A DNA stretch of 59,685 nt, counting the filler, from Sluysia triapertura (taxonomy: Eukaryota): NCBI GenBank assembly GCA_046118255.1. It is 5 parts of 5 records of this genome, joined end to end, with 100 filler letters (N's around TTAATTAATTAA, not from the genome) between each part and the next. Parts side by side here need not be neighbours in the genome. Positions count along the whole stretch, not along the records: positions 36,792 to 48,123 come from JBJNIA010185923.1; positions 48,224 to 59,685 come from JBJNIA010184479.1; 3 more parts are not named here. One strand, 5' to 3'. Shown here piece by piece: positions 37,379 through 50,674 of the stretch. A program made the translations under genes and the position numbers. The stretch's first letter is position 1, and each line of letters begins with the position of its first letter. The notes beneath the pieces were generated by a model. That model did not search any database. It was not told where the DNA came from and saw nothing but the letters and a program-made list of their open reading frames with translations.

Positions 37379-39431
37379 CTGACCAATGTCGGATAAAGTT
37401 CAAATGTGACAAAATACACAACACTGTACGACATGGATACAGTAAATTTTCCCAGAATAGCAAATATAGCTATAGGTACTTTGTGTTCTAAAAAGGAAAT
37501 AATTAATTAAAAAGCGTTGAAACTTAAAAAATATTCTTAAAACAGTACAAATAAAATCAATTCGTAATTGGATGAGACGTTTTTTGTATTTTTTGACTGC
37601 AATATATATTTCATATTTTCCATCAAGCCCGAAGATACAAAGACTAAAATTATCATTTTACTGGGATTATAATATTTTATCGTTACAGTACTGCATATTA
37701 TCTTTGTGTACTTAGCATCACAACCGTCATTTGTATACAGTATTGTGACTTTCGTGACCATCTTGTATTTTTGTACACAGTATTATAATCGCCATTTATG
37801 TTTGGTAAAGCACTGACACCTGCTTCACAGAGACGTTTATACAATTTTTATAGTTTGTGTTTTAATAAAGCTTTAGCCGCCATTTTATGGATTTTTTTAT
37901 AAACAATAAATTGTGTGTACATTACGTTGGCCAATTTTTATTGGTTTCTTACGAAAATTTTTGTTCACATTTGGCATTTAATGAAATTTATCGATATTTT
38001 GAATGAATTATTATTATTATTATTATTTCCAATTGTTCACGACAATAAAAGTACAGCAGATAATAAAATCAACGTAAACGAATCAGACAAATCATAAACA
38101 CACTTTATCTCAACTCAATATTAAGACTACTTTTGGAAGTATTGTTCTAACAGTAAAAAAAATTGGTTAGTTTTAAAATCAAATCAAGAAATCTTTAAAA
38201 TTTAAATGTTTCAGATAAACACTGTTCATAATCGAAGTTTTAAATGTAATATAGTATTAAGAAAGCTTGAATAATTAGACATGATTGATTTAGTGTCAGA
38301 TAATGTTAAGAAAATTAAAAATGAAAATTGAATTCTTTGGTTTACGAATCATTTTAAAGCGAATAAAAACTTTACGTTATATAGAGAGTGGTCAGTAGAA
38401 AAGCGGAAATTTTGAGGGTCAGATGAGATCATGAATAAAACGCGTGCTTACTCATTTGATACCAACATCATGGAAGGAAACAGGAACCTCCTTTCAGACT
38501 TTCAAAGGCAAGTGTGATTATTCTTTACAAAAGTGAAAATTCGACTTGGAGACTATGTTAAAGCGCTGCTTTGAAAAGCATCTATGAGTATAATATAACA
38601 GTGTCTTTACAAAACTTTGTTAAAATAAATAGCTGTTTGATACATTTTCCGCTTTTCTAGCTATCCATCTTGTATAACACAAGACTTATTTCATTCCAGA
38701 CACGAAAATGTTTATCAGATATAATAAACAAATCTATAACATATTAAAATTCATTTTACAATATATGTTTAATTGTTTTAAATAAACATTTTTTCAAGTC
38801 TGTAATTATATTCTTTCAAACATTAGTAATTAATTATCTAATCAGGTATCAATTCATTTGTATTTTATATCTAAAAATAACTAACCAATAGGAATAGATC
38901 CTGCTATTAAACAACAAGCACCAGTACATAAAAGAGTTAAAATTAACAATTTACGACGACCCAAACGATCTAACAAAACCATATTCAACAATAAAGATGG
39001 TATTTCTACAAGACCCATTATTGCAAAATTAATATATAAATTGAAACCAAGATTTTCAGTATTATAAATAATACCATAATAAATTAATGAATTAACAATC
39101 CTAAAAAGGAAACAAATATTTTCATAATTTAAACTATTGATAATTGTAAGTAACTAAAATTATCCAATTATTATATATCATATAAAAAATTAAAACCAAC
39201 AATTACCAATTAAATGAAACATTTAAAGTTAATAATGCCATTGTTTTGGATTTAAATAGATCTAAAACTGAAGATTGTTTTGTTTGTTCATCATTTTTAT
39301 GTTGTAATATTTGATTTCGTAATTCTGTTGGTATTTCACGACCATTTCTTTTACCTACTGTTGCAATGATTTTGTAAGCTTCTTCGACACGACCTTTTGA
39401 TAAAAGCCATCTTGGACTTTCATGACAAATA
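37379..39431 (-). CDS. SLC22/organic cation transporter-like (MFS), three internal exons: 39207-39431, 38886-39100, 37379-37487
   Basis: The exons splice in phase: ESPRWLLSKGRVEEA...SVLDLFK...FNW/IVNSLIYYG...GLVEIP...LDRLGRR.../...LGKFTVSMSYSVVY..TFELYPTLVR. 5' and 3' exons were not found. Confidence 0.9.
38378..38676. mobile_element. Tc1/mariner-type MITE (~300 bp) in an SLC22 intron
   Basis: Imperfect TIRs TATATAGAGAGTGGTCAGTAGAAAAGCGGAAA / TTTCCGCTTTTCTAGCTATCCATCTTGTATA, flanked by TA. Confidence 0.7.
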
Positions 39432-39462
39432 CTGAAAAAATAAGGCATAATATGATATCGTG

Positions 39463-39970
39463 TATATTATGAACACATTATTAGACTAAAGACCATTTTT
39501 GTGATAAAATTCAACATTTTTCAAGGATACTATGAAACTATTAATCAAAAGTGTAAAATGTAATACGTTGGAAAATAACTACTTTCTCCAAAAAAAATCT
39601 GGTGAAAGTAAAATAAAAGATAAAAATACTGAGATCCAAAACATACAGAAATTTTATTCATGTAGAATGATAACACAATTTACTATAAATCAAATATGTA
39701 CAAATTGTGTATCAGTACTTTGTTTGCCCTCCTTTGTTATCCAATAATTTCCTGATCCTCAAAGGCATGCCACGGATGAGCTTGGGTACAAGTCTTTGAT
39801 TTCGTCATCGTGATGCCATACTTTTATCAGGGTTTCAATAAGTTCCGTCCTGGTGGTTGGTTTATGGGTAGAAACTTTCCTTTTGACAATGTCCATAGAT
39901 TTTCTATGGGATTCATGTCTAGAAAAAGACACTTTTCATGTTTTAGTCTAATAATTTGCCCACTACTATA
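39463..39970 (-). mobile_element. Internally deleted Tc1 element with both TIRs and the transposase C-terminus
   Basis: 39712-39922 reads DMNPIENLW/IVKRKVSTHKPTTRTELIETLIKVWHHDDEIKDL/LIRGMPLRIRKLLDNKGGQTKY*. Both termini share ATTATTAGACTAAA in inverted orientation. Confidence 0.85.
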
Positions 39971-40629
39971 TATATACTCTCAAAATTGCATTTTTCCACG
40001 TCTACAGTCTCTCTGATAGGTTGGAAACAACGATAGTATGAAATATATTTATTAATACTGTATCGGAAATATTGATCAAATACCAACCAAACTTATGAGA
40101 AATAATTTAATTTTTACAATATTCATTCCGGTTTTATTAACCATTATTAATCATTCATTGTATCAACTAAAATTGTCGTCCATTGAAAAGTATTCGTTCT
40201 ATTAGCTTAAGGGTTACTTGTAGATAACTAGAGACCTATATCAAATATAATATTCTTATCAAAAATGATTGAAAAAGTTCCAGACGAAAATAAACTGCGA
40301 TTGATGAATCAGTCTTCTACAACTGAAGAATAAATTGTGACATCGTCAATGGTTTTAGAGTGATGTTACTCGATGTGTATATATCCAAAGATTATACTTC
40401 TCATTTAAGCAATAAATTAGTTTGAATCGTATTTACAAGCATGTTTATTAAATAATGTTAAGTCAAATGAGGCGCATGTAAAGTTAGATCAATACTTGGT
40501 CTATTATTATTTATCAAATATTATATATTAGACTCATTTCCATGGAGAAAAATTTGTTTGAATCATTCAGCAAAAATAATTTTCAAATAAAATGAGATTT
40601 CATGTAACACCTCATAATAAAAAATTGCA

Positions 40630-40794
40630 NNNNNNNNNNNNNNNNNNNNNNNNNNNNNNNNNNNNNNNNNNNNNNNNNNNNNNNNNNNNNNNNNNNNNNN
40701 NNNNNNNNNNNNNNNNNNNNNNNNNNNNNNNNNNNNNNNNNNNNNNNNNNNNNNNNNNNNNNNNNNNNNNNNNNNNNNNNNNNNNNNNNNNNNN
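40630..40794. other. Intra-scaffold assembly gap
   Basis: Plain N run without a linker. Confidence 0.95.
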
Positions 40795-41103
40795 CAATAT
40801 TTACAGAATGCACAGTACTAATACGGCATGTGATAGGATTACAATCTGCTGCAAGAGAATGTCAAATCACTGGAAGATTATGAAATATAATGAATGATGC
40901 ATTCTAAGCGCATTTTGTACACTTATTTTTGTAATAGATATTAGCTCTGTTTCAATTAATTCATCATTATTGAAAAATGATAGGCATAATTTTCTCCCAA
41001 TTTTGAAATAGAAACTTATTAAATCAACATGAAGTTTCTCATTATACACACACGCACACACAGACCCAGTCTTTCCATCACTTCGCAAATCAATGTTTAT
41101 TAC

Positions 41104-44100
41104 CTTCTAGCAGATATTTCTGAGTAATTATCTTCTTCCGAATTCAGAAGTCTCCTATTTTTTGAATTCCTCGAGTTCGATCTGTGCGAGTTGATTGAAG
41201 TCTTAGTAATTGCACTGTCATCATCGTCATCAATGTCACTGTTATCGATTATTCTATTCCATGTCTTTGTTTTCTTCTTCCAAGGTACTGATCTTAATTG
41301 ATAATAATAATAATGATAATAGTAACAATGATAACAATAATAATGATAATGATAATAGTAATAATATCATTATTCTTCAAACAAGATAATGTTAGAAATT
41401 AAATAATTTATTCAGAATAATGATGTGACTACTAAGTTCGTGCTGAGTCTAGTGACACTATCCACAAACCTGCCTACCTCGCAAATTAATTAATAACTCT
41501 ACAGCTTTAAGAAAATCCGTCTTAGTTCATTATTTATATTTTTATGTACTTCCTGTCATTTATTGCAACTGTATACTTCTAGTCAGATTTTCCATCATTC
41601 ATATCAAACAATCGAACCTTTTTTGTTTCAAATGCGATTTGTCAGCTAGATCGTCATTATCACTATTGGAAGATTCCAATCCCTGTCGAACACCAATTCT
41701 TGTCGATTTTGTATAGTTATTAAAAGAGCGAAACCCATTCCGACTTGATGATGAAGCGACAGACCGAGCAGGAGAAGATTCCCTTGATCTGTCTGATCCA
41801 GAGTTGATTCTGGTTTGAATTTCTCGTCTCCTGATTGGTAAATTAAAATATCCAATAAGACTCGGTATAATAATATAAAGTTTAAATTTTGTTTACTAAT
41901 ATTGATTATTTGATCTGTATCAAATAACTACTCAGACAAATAAAGTATCTTATTTAACAAACATACCTCCTTTCTTCAATCTGTTTTCTTTTCACTTGCT
42001 TCTCCTGAACGTAGGCAGTTGGATCGAACTTCCGAATTGGAGAACCTAGTAATTAACACAATCAATAACAAATCCACAAATTATTTCAATAAAATTAACT
42101 TTTACGATCATTGCAAATTCTGTGACTGATGATCCTTGATGATTTATTAACATAGATAGATGTTTTAAAATTCCACAGAGAGAAACTGATCAATAATTTT
42201 ATGATAAGCACTAACTAATATTTCGAAGATCCAGTAGGTGTTGTACAAATTAATAAAACACATAATCCACACGCTGCATATTCGATTATGTGGGCTCAGA
42301 AAGGCTTTAAGTGTAGGATTATATGAAGATTCACACAGATTTTAAAAAGGATCTCTGATTGCTCAAACTAAAAGATGAAATACCGAACTTAGCAAGCTTT
42401 GCTGAAGATGTGCATCCATGTTTATTTAGGATTTTTTCACTTACTTACAAGCAAACACACAACAATAATATCTATGGTAAAGAAAATATACCAACAATAC
42501 AAGTGGAAAAGATCTATTATGATAGAGAATTTAAATATGCTATTCTATATTTCGGATTATTTGATTTTTTACTTTTTAGCGGCTTCATAAATTGTGGATT
42601 TATCTGCACAAGATCTGGAAATAAATCTTCAAGGCTTTTGAATCAATAAATTCCTTCCACTAGAATGGACTTCCATACAATGCGGCATTACGTTCCCACA
42701 TGGGAATTCTCATTGTGTTTAATGTATTGTGTGAAGAGTTCGTAAAATTTCGAACGTTGCTATCGCACATTGCTATAGACAAATATGAGAAATTTAAATT
42801 TCCAAGACAAATCTCCAACCAGCTAAATTGTGATATAATGATATTTATTTAAGAAGTACAAATCAGTAGCGAAAATAACTAACAAAGTTTGTATCGATCC
42901 AGCGATGATGTACGATAAGTGCGGTTATATCGGGACGTACGAAGATCTTCGGGATCTGAATGTCTATGTGTACTTCTAGATCGTATTTTCAGATGATCAG
43001 ACGAACGCCGCAGATGCTCCAATGAGGTTTTAGGTGATTCTGGGGCTTTGGGAGGACGGGGTGATGTTAGAAGTTGGTACCGTCTACCGAATATAAATGA
43101 TAATTAGCATAATAAAAAACATCTGAATTTATATAATGAATGGAACGGTAAGCCGAAGTCTTATTAATAATTAATAACATTGATGATAATAATAATAATC
43201 TTAAACAACAACTAATTCATAATATATTCATAAGCTATCTGAAAATCATGAATCATATTAACCTTTAGTGTACGAATGTTATTTATATCTAACATTTATA
43301 AAATTTAATTCAAAAGACAAATATTATATATAAAATCGTCCAGAGACAGTTATGATTGTTCATAAACAATGGTTTAAGCATACTTTGCAGTTTTTAAATT
43401 CATATACTAAAGGTTAGAAAATGAGAAATCCATCGACATATTTATTAATGTAAAATTATTATTATATTATTATAGTGTATATTTTTACGTTTATAGAACC
43501 TCTTCTAATTCCGAGTATCTGACTAAGTACTCGGCCCCAATCTAACCTTCTTTTAAAAGTAGCCAATTCGTTTGTGAGACTATTGATTCGAAAGTTCAAA
43601 TTTCTTTTTATTTCTTTCAGTTCTGTCACTTCTTCCAACAATTCTTTTATTTCATCGTTCTTTTTCATCAAAATTCGACCATGTTTAGCTCGTTCCTCTG
43701 TTATGTCTTGTTCCAGAGTTTTAACGATAGATCGAGTTGCTTCCAATTCTTTCTGGAGTGATTCCACATTCGGACCTGAATTTTGATCCAGCAGACGCTG
43801 GTACTTTGAGAGTTGAGAAGTCAGCTCATCACGTTCTATTTTTAATTGCAGAATTCTGAATATAAATGAGGGAAATGTAGCACGAAATATTTCTATCTAC
43901 ATCTCTTCTATCAAGTGAAAATTAAAGAAATTACTCTTCAGTACGATATAGTTTATACGAGATCCAGTGAAGCTGGTGATATTAGATTAAACAGTGAAGC
44001 CGGCAACAAATCAAAAGCATTTCCAAAAGCATATATTTATCATATTGAAGTGGCTAGTAAAATAGTGACATGTAAAGCTGATTATGAATAACCTGAGTAA

Positions 44101-46887
44101 AATAATCTTTAAAATTTCGAAGTTTTATGAATGTGTTATTAAATTTCTTTCACATTTTTATTTATGTTTTTCTAATATTTCAAGATTTTTATAGTAAATC
44201 TTTGTTATTCGGAGGTGATACAGATTTTAATGATATTAAAAATTGCGAATCAACATAAGTTGGTAGCTGCTCAAACTAACGCATATTTTATCGGCATTCT
44301 TTTCGGCTTTATCGTTACCAAATGGTTATACAGAGTTTTAAAGGAATATTAGGTACAACATACCAGAAATTATGTGCTTTGCTGAATTAAATTTAGATTA
44401 TATAAGTTGTTTATTGTGGCTTCTTTCATATGCAGGTATTGCTCTGTTCCTTCTGACGATTACCAGGGATTCCATTAAGTAGTTGTAAAAATTAACTTGT
44501 TCCTTATTGCTCAATATTTTGCATATTTGTTTCTAGTTTAGGTCAATTTTTCTTTTACAGTACTCAAATTATCTGTCATACAAATCAGATAATCGCCTAT
44601 CATTCAATTTATGGCATCTAAAACAAATGAAATTAAAAATCAAAATTAAAATGATAAAATACTTATAATTAACTGGACCTTTCGGTGATTCGGATATTGT
44701 TTCGGCATCAAGTGTAATCTCTTCTAATGGGTAGACATTTTCTTTTCGGACTTTAATTGTCCAATAAATGTCTCTTCATTTCGGCCTCATCACGGACAGC
44801 TACCTGGTATTGGTTGTATTTTTGTAGAAGATCCATTTAATTCATAATAATTAATAATGATAAAATGATTTTCGAAATACACTAATTAATAATTTTTTAT
44901 TTGAAATTATCCAATTATAAGTGAACTGCAAGTTTTTAATACCAAGCACAATTATTATAGACACACAAAAGATTGTATTTCAAATAACGCAGATAAGGAT
45001 GCATTTCAACCGTATATTGGTTATAAAGCTTAGTTGATAGGTTGTGACTGCATATGATTGTGTATGATCAATTTGGGTTCTGATTGGTTATGAAATTTAT
45101 TTTATTGGTTTTCCACACTCCATAATTATTCACTTACCATTTACAAAATAACCAATGAATAATCTTTTAATTTGCAAACATATTGTTTTGGTTTCCATTG
45201 ATTAAATTTTAAATGACTATAATCTAAAATGTGGCCTTTGTAATTAATACTTACTAACAAATGATTTCTTTGTACCTACTTATACACTCAGAAATACCGC
45301 TAGCATAACACATATTAACAAAGAAATGGCTCAATTATTTGTTCCATTTATGTGTGCACGCACTTTGAGTAGAAACTTTTTTCTGTCAATGTATGCAAAG
45401 TAAAAATTTTTGTATAAATATGAGGCGTGTTTTCTCGTGTATCATGTTCCTACACAATGATATAAATATACCAACTTTACAAAAATCGCCTGGTATATCA
45501 AAATTCACCGCACACCAAAAGTGTCATCCAATGGTAAACGAAAATTCCTGTTCGATGCAGATATGCATTAGATAGATTTAGAATACAAGGTAAAAGATGT
45601 TATACATCAACAATATATGGCACTATTTATGCTATTGATCAAACTCGAACTTGATCAATCGCAGTAAGAAATTTTTATTAAAGACAACAATAATTACGAT
45701 GAATCTTATGATTTTTGGGATCAGTAACTCTATTTTATGTTTTTGTGACAAATTGAAAGTATTTTGGTTTTGGTTCAAAAGATGCGAAAATAGAGTGGAT
45801 TCTTCTTAAACCTTAATGATATTCTTCAATATTTGAAACTGATAATAAAGTTGTGGAAAAATCTAAATTAAAAGATCACTATCAAGCCAACCGAAGATGG
45901 AATTAGTAAAACAGTGTACAAAAATCAAATAATATCAATGTTTCATTATGAAAACAAATTTTCTTTCCTAACAAATCTTTTAACACAAATATACTTTTTG
46001 AGTAAAACAGCTTTTGTGTTGGAATGGCGGGACTGAATTTACAATGCATATTTACTTAGTTTGAAGAGAAAATTGAGTGACACCTCAGGACATTGATATA
46101 TAAATTATATAAAGAGAATTCTCTGCTACAATTCAGATCCAAATTCATCTTGAAACAAAATAGAATTTCATATTTGAAAAAATGACGCATAAAATATGTT
46201 AAACTTCTGTTTCAAAATAAAATTTAAAAATTACTTTTTTTTCATTTCACAATTTTCAAATTTATCAAAATCGTTTCCACCCTGTAATAATAATAAAAAT
46301 AAAATGTTAGAGTAAACAAACTGTCCCATCACTCATGTGCTGCTGTCTCAAAGCAATAATGGTGTCTTTCAATTGACGAATGTCCGGAACTCCTTTGAAA
46401 CTCAGTGGTAATGGATAATGAATTTTATCAAAATTGGTGGTATATGTCAAAATTAAATAACGTTTATTAATTTTGTTACGATCAAAATTAGAATTATCTT
46501 GAACTTTTCCAGTTGAACCCACCTTCAGTTTACGAAGTTCTTCTAAATCACCATACGTCATTAAATCCAATTTGAGAGTTTCATTATCCTTAATTGATAA
46601 GTTTCAAAAAAAATTATATAAAACCTCTGTCAAAACTGTATGAAGCATTGAAGAAAATACATCAAACGACTTATAATTACCGGTTTTTCTAGTTAATTCT
46701 TCTATATCTTTAAAAGATAGTAAAATAAAACAAATTTACACTCTGCATTAAATGCACCATTCCATTCATTTAAATTAGATTTATCCTCTATTTCCAATTT
46801 TACTGTACTATTATTCGATTCAATATAATATGTTATGCGATATTCTTTACCGCGAAATAAATAATCCACGCAAATTATTTTGTCCAT
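41104..46887 (-). CDS. CCDC61: Coiled-coil domain-containing protein 61 (VFL3, centrosomal). Exons 46740-46887, 46625-46707, 46322-46588, 46235-46281, 43547-43855, 42884-43083, 41967-42045, 41618-41830, 41104-41292; last exon unresolved
   Basis: All GT-AG junctions are phase-compatible and the frame is open throughout. Hallmark motifs: DYLFRGKEY, W.GAFNAEYIEELTRKTGNYKSF.VFSSML, LDLMTYGDLEELR, KRYLILTY...FDKIHYPLPL, SLTNELA.FKR, KFDPTAYV. Confidence 0.93.
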
Positions 46888-48045
46888 TAAATTATATAAA
46901 ATTATTTTTTTGCTACTATTACTAATTTAGTTATAGCACAATAAATTATTTAAATTATAGAAAAAACGTATTTTTCCAAATATATTTTATATTAATTATT
47001 AATAATCCTAATCATTCAAATTGACTTTATTAAACCTCAGTTGTTAAGGTAAATACATTACATTAACGAAAATTAAAACATCTAAAATCCAATTTATATT
47101 ATTAAGATACATATCTTTTACATAAGTTTGTAAAGTAAACGTAAAACGGATTTTTCACTATATTATAAGCTTATTTTATTGTCGATAATATGCACAAAAG
47201 ATGATTTGGGAAGTTTGCTGCGCAATATAAGACATAAGACAAATACGAAAAATGATTGAAATTGATCTCTAACACGTGAAAATACGTTGGATGTTTAAGC
47301 ATAAAAAGTGCCAATAATGGAAACTGCATAAATAAAAAAGAATTAAACATAATAAAACAGCTAATTCCAACCAATCCATAGTAAATAATGTATATAATGC
47401 AAAAAAACGAAATTAATTTAATAATATATCTTAATGTTTTTATTATGTCTTTAATTTCATAATTTAGAAGATTCTAATGAAAAATGATTGCTCAAATCTC
47501 AAGCAAAATGGAATATTTTATAATACAATAAAGCTAATTCAAGGCTTAAACAGGGTTTCTACTAAACACTTATAAAATATAAACAATCTCTAATGTTAAT
47601 AGCTCATTAATGTTATACGTGTAACCCAAAATAACTACTTGATTTTTCGAAATTGTACACTTTTTCATTAAAACTAAAAGTTTGTGTTCAATAAAACTTT
47701 ACATAAAAATAGCTTCTACAGATATACAAAATAAAGAAAAATGACCAGAAAATAAAGTTACTAAATTACTTGATTATAAATAAAAGCACTCATTTGTCAA
47801 ATATTTATAATTAAAATAGGAGAAAAGTTGGCATTTCTCAGTGAAACAAGTTTTAATAGTATTTGAAAAAATGCTTAAGTTTTACTCTTCAAATATAAGA
47901 AACACATAAATGTGTTCTAATTTCTTTTACAAACCTTTGTTTTTAGAAAATTGAGTCGCATATATTATTTATTCTTAAACAGTAGAACAATTATTTTCAA
48001 TGAAATCATGTTACGCGTTTGAAATTTTACTTTTACTTAAATAGA

Positions 48046-48123
48046 ATTGTTAGACTTCGTAAAATGGACTGACCGGGGATCGAACCCGGGACCATCGTCT
48101 GCGCAGTCCGAATGCTTTACCAC
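48046..48123 (-). mobile_element. Second copy of the tRNA-Ala-derived element, cut by the scaffold end
   Basis: Reverse complement GTGGTAAAGCATTCGGACTGCGCAGACGATGGTCCCGGGTTCGATCCCCGGTCAGTCCATTTTACGAAGTCTAACAAT. Identical to copy 1 from the T-arm through the 3' terminus. Confidence 0.85.
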
Positions 48124-48223
48124 NNNNNNNNNNNNNNNNNNNNNNNNNNNNNNNNNNNNNNNNNNNNTTAATTAATTAANNNNNNNNNNNNNNNNNNNNN
48201 NNNNNNNNNNNNNNNNNNNNNNN
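48124..48223. other. Artificial scaffold-joining spacer
   Basis: N44-TTAATTAATTAA-N44. Confidence 0.95.
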
Positions 48224-50674
48224 GAAAGTTTTTGATGGATAAATACAATAAATACAATAAATATTTTAAGATGATTTTATTTTCGATTTCAGATGATAGC
48301 ATTAGCTATAAGGTAAGACATTTAAGAATTTACTAAAATTATTTATAAAAAGTTTCCTTTACGTTTCTAAATTTTTTGTTCAAACATTTTATGTATTATT
48401 TATTTTAAAATTGTGTCAGATATTTTTATTATATAGCCTTAATTTATTAAACAAAAAGTATTTTGCATTTAACAAACTATTATTGCACACCACTCAATGT
48501 ATTGGCTTACAAATCAATTAGGAAGTGAGATTAACTGTTGAGAAATACATCAACAGTATATTTAAATTCGAGACATAGTCAGAATAGTAAATCTTGTGCG
48601 AATTAAAAATGATCAGTGCACAATTAGAGAACAATCAATTATCATGCAGTATCAATAGTAATAGTTTTATGTTTTTTGTGGATATTTATAATACAATAAT
48701 GGCAGTTGCTTAGTTAGTATTATTTTTACACCACCAGTGAAATCACTTTACACAAAATATGCACACACTAAGGCTATTGCACAAAAATTATTCAAAATGT
48801 ATTAATTTTCTAAATTATTTTGATTAAGAAGTGCACTTAATTCTTGTCGACAAAATTTGTAAAAGTTAATAAGAACGATTGTAGTTTGGTAAATTTGATT
48901 GTATTCTGACTAATGATGTTTTGAGAATATGAGCAAGTTAGGTTTTCTTAATTATGGAGTTATTTAAGCCTGTAAAAAGAGAAAGATTTCCAAAAAATTC
49001 CAAGCAGTTAGCGACATTTTGACAAATCAGTGCATGTCTTCATAATTAGTTTCTGTGTCACATGGAACATTATTTTCGATACTTCTGAATTTCTCACAAC
49101 TTCATTTTTTGATTAACTGTTGTTATGGTATTATATCTTTCTCTTCAAGCTTCTTTAGCTTTTTATAGTTCTTCATAACATTGGCGAATAACATCGACCG
49201 TTTTATTAATTTCACAGTTATGATGTACTTGTTGATGAAACCCATAGTTATTTATCATTAACTAAAATGACAAAAAGTGAAGACCATGCGGCGTAACATG
49301 TACTTATGGAATCTCCTATTCAAACGAAGTCAATTACAAGGAGGTAATATGTAAATATATTGAATGTTATATTTATTTTATTTGATTGATATTTACAATA
49401 TTAGTATCAAAAAAATGTTTGATTAATACAAAATACAAAAGTTATTATATTTTCGAATATTATATAACAAAATATGTTATAATTGTATTATTTTAAAACA
49501 TAAATTATAAATTATTTTAACTTTTTTTACAATAAACAGATATTTATCATAATTTAAATAGAGGTAAGTATAAATAATGAATTATTAATATTAACAATAA
49601 CCATAACAGCTTATTAACAATGAAAGATATTTATTAAAAACATGTCAAAAAACTATTTTTATACAGATTTTTTTGCCAAACCACTTATTCAGAGAGTGTT
49701 TTGTCAAAGAATTATGAGTCTCACTTTTCACAATACTTTTTAACTGTTTGTTTTCTTGAGATTACTGAATATATAGATGTAATTGGGAACTTAATTTGAA
49801 CTCTGTGACAGATTGGGACTATCGCAAAACAAATTTAGACAATTTTTCAATATTAGGGAGCAGCATTGTTTATTGAGGCGTTGATATGGATATATTCAAA
49901 TGATAGGTTTTATTTGACTAATTAAAAACGCTACTAAATCACTATAATTATTGTGTTTCCTGGGCAAAAGTGTTTCTTGATAACATTTCAAATAAAGAAG
50001 ATTTTGATTTTTTGATGTAATCCGGAATCAATTATGTTTTCCGGATAAATTTCGTTATTTAAAAAGTATATCAATAAATAAAATAAATTTATTTTGTAAA
50101 CAAAGAATTAAAAATAATTTACTTAGTGTAAATAGTAAATTATAATAGACAAATATTTTAAAATTAAATTCTATTAATCAATTATTAAAATAAATATTTT
50201 CGATTGGGAATACATGATCCTAATACTTGATTGTAATATATGGCTGTACATACTTTTCTTGCTTTCCTTTAAAATCGTCAAATATTTCTCTACTGTTTTC
50301 TGAAATAATAACCACTATAAGCAACCGATTTTGATTTGTACTGAAATTAAAATTATTAAAAATAGTTCCGATAGTTAGTATATAATATAATATAATAGTG
50401 TTGTTAGAATTGTTAATACTGGTTATATTTATAATAGAGTCGAATTATTTTTATGAAAACTTGAGTTAATATTAACGTATGAATGGTTTATGAACAATTT
50501 AAAATACGATACTAGTGAAGTATTGATAATATGAAGTTTTAGGTTCGGATAGCTTGCATTGCAGCATTAGTGATAGATGGAAGATGTTTATATTGTTGCA
50601 TTTATATTTTCAATCGATTGTGGTGTATAATTTTAACTAATTCTGAAATTATTTTTATGTATACATATAATCAG

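Noticed and set aside
40583-40897. ORFs containing X runs
   Set aside because: They are open only because they cross an N gap.
43574-43786. Plus-strand 70-aa ORF
   Set aside because: Antisense shadow of a CCDC61 coiled-coil exon.
45010-45160. Cluster of CCAAT/ATTGG boxes
   Set aside because: Deep in a CCDC61 intron with no adjacent gene start, and expected by chance or from a repeat.
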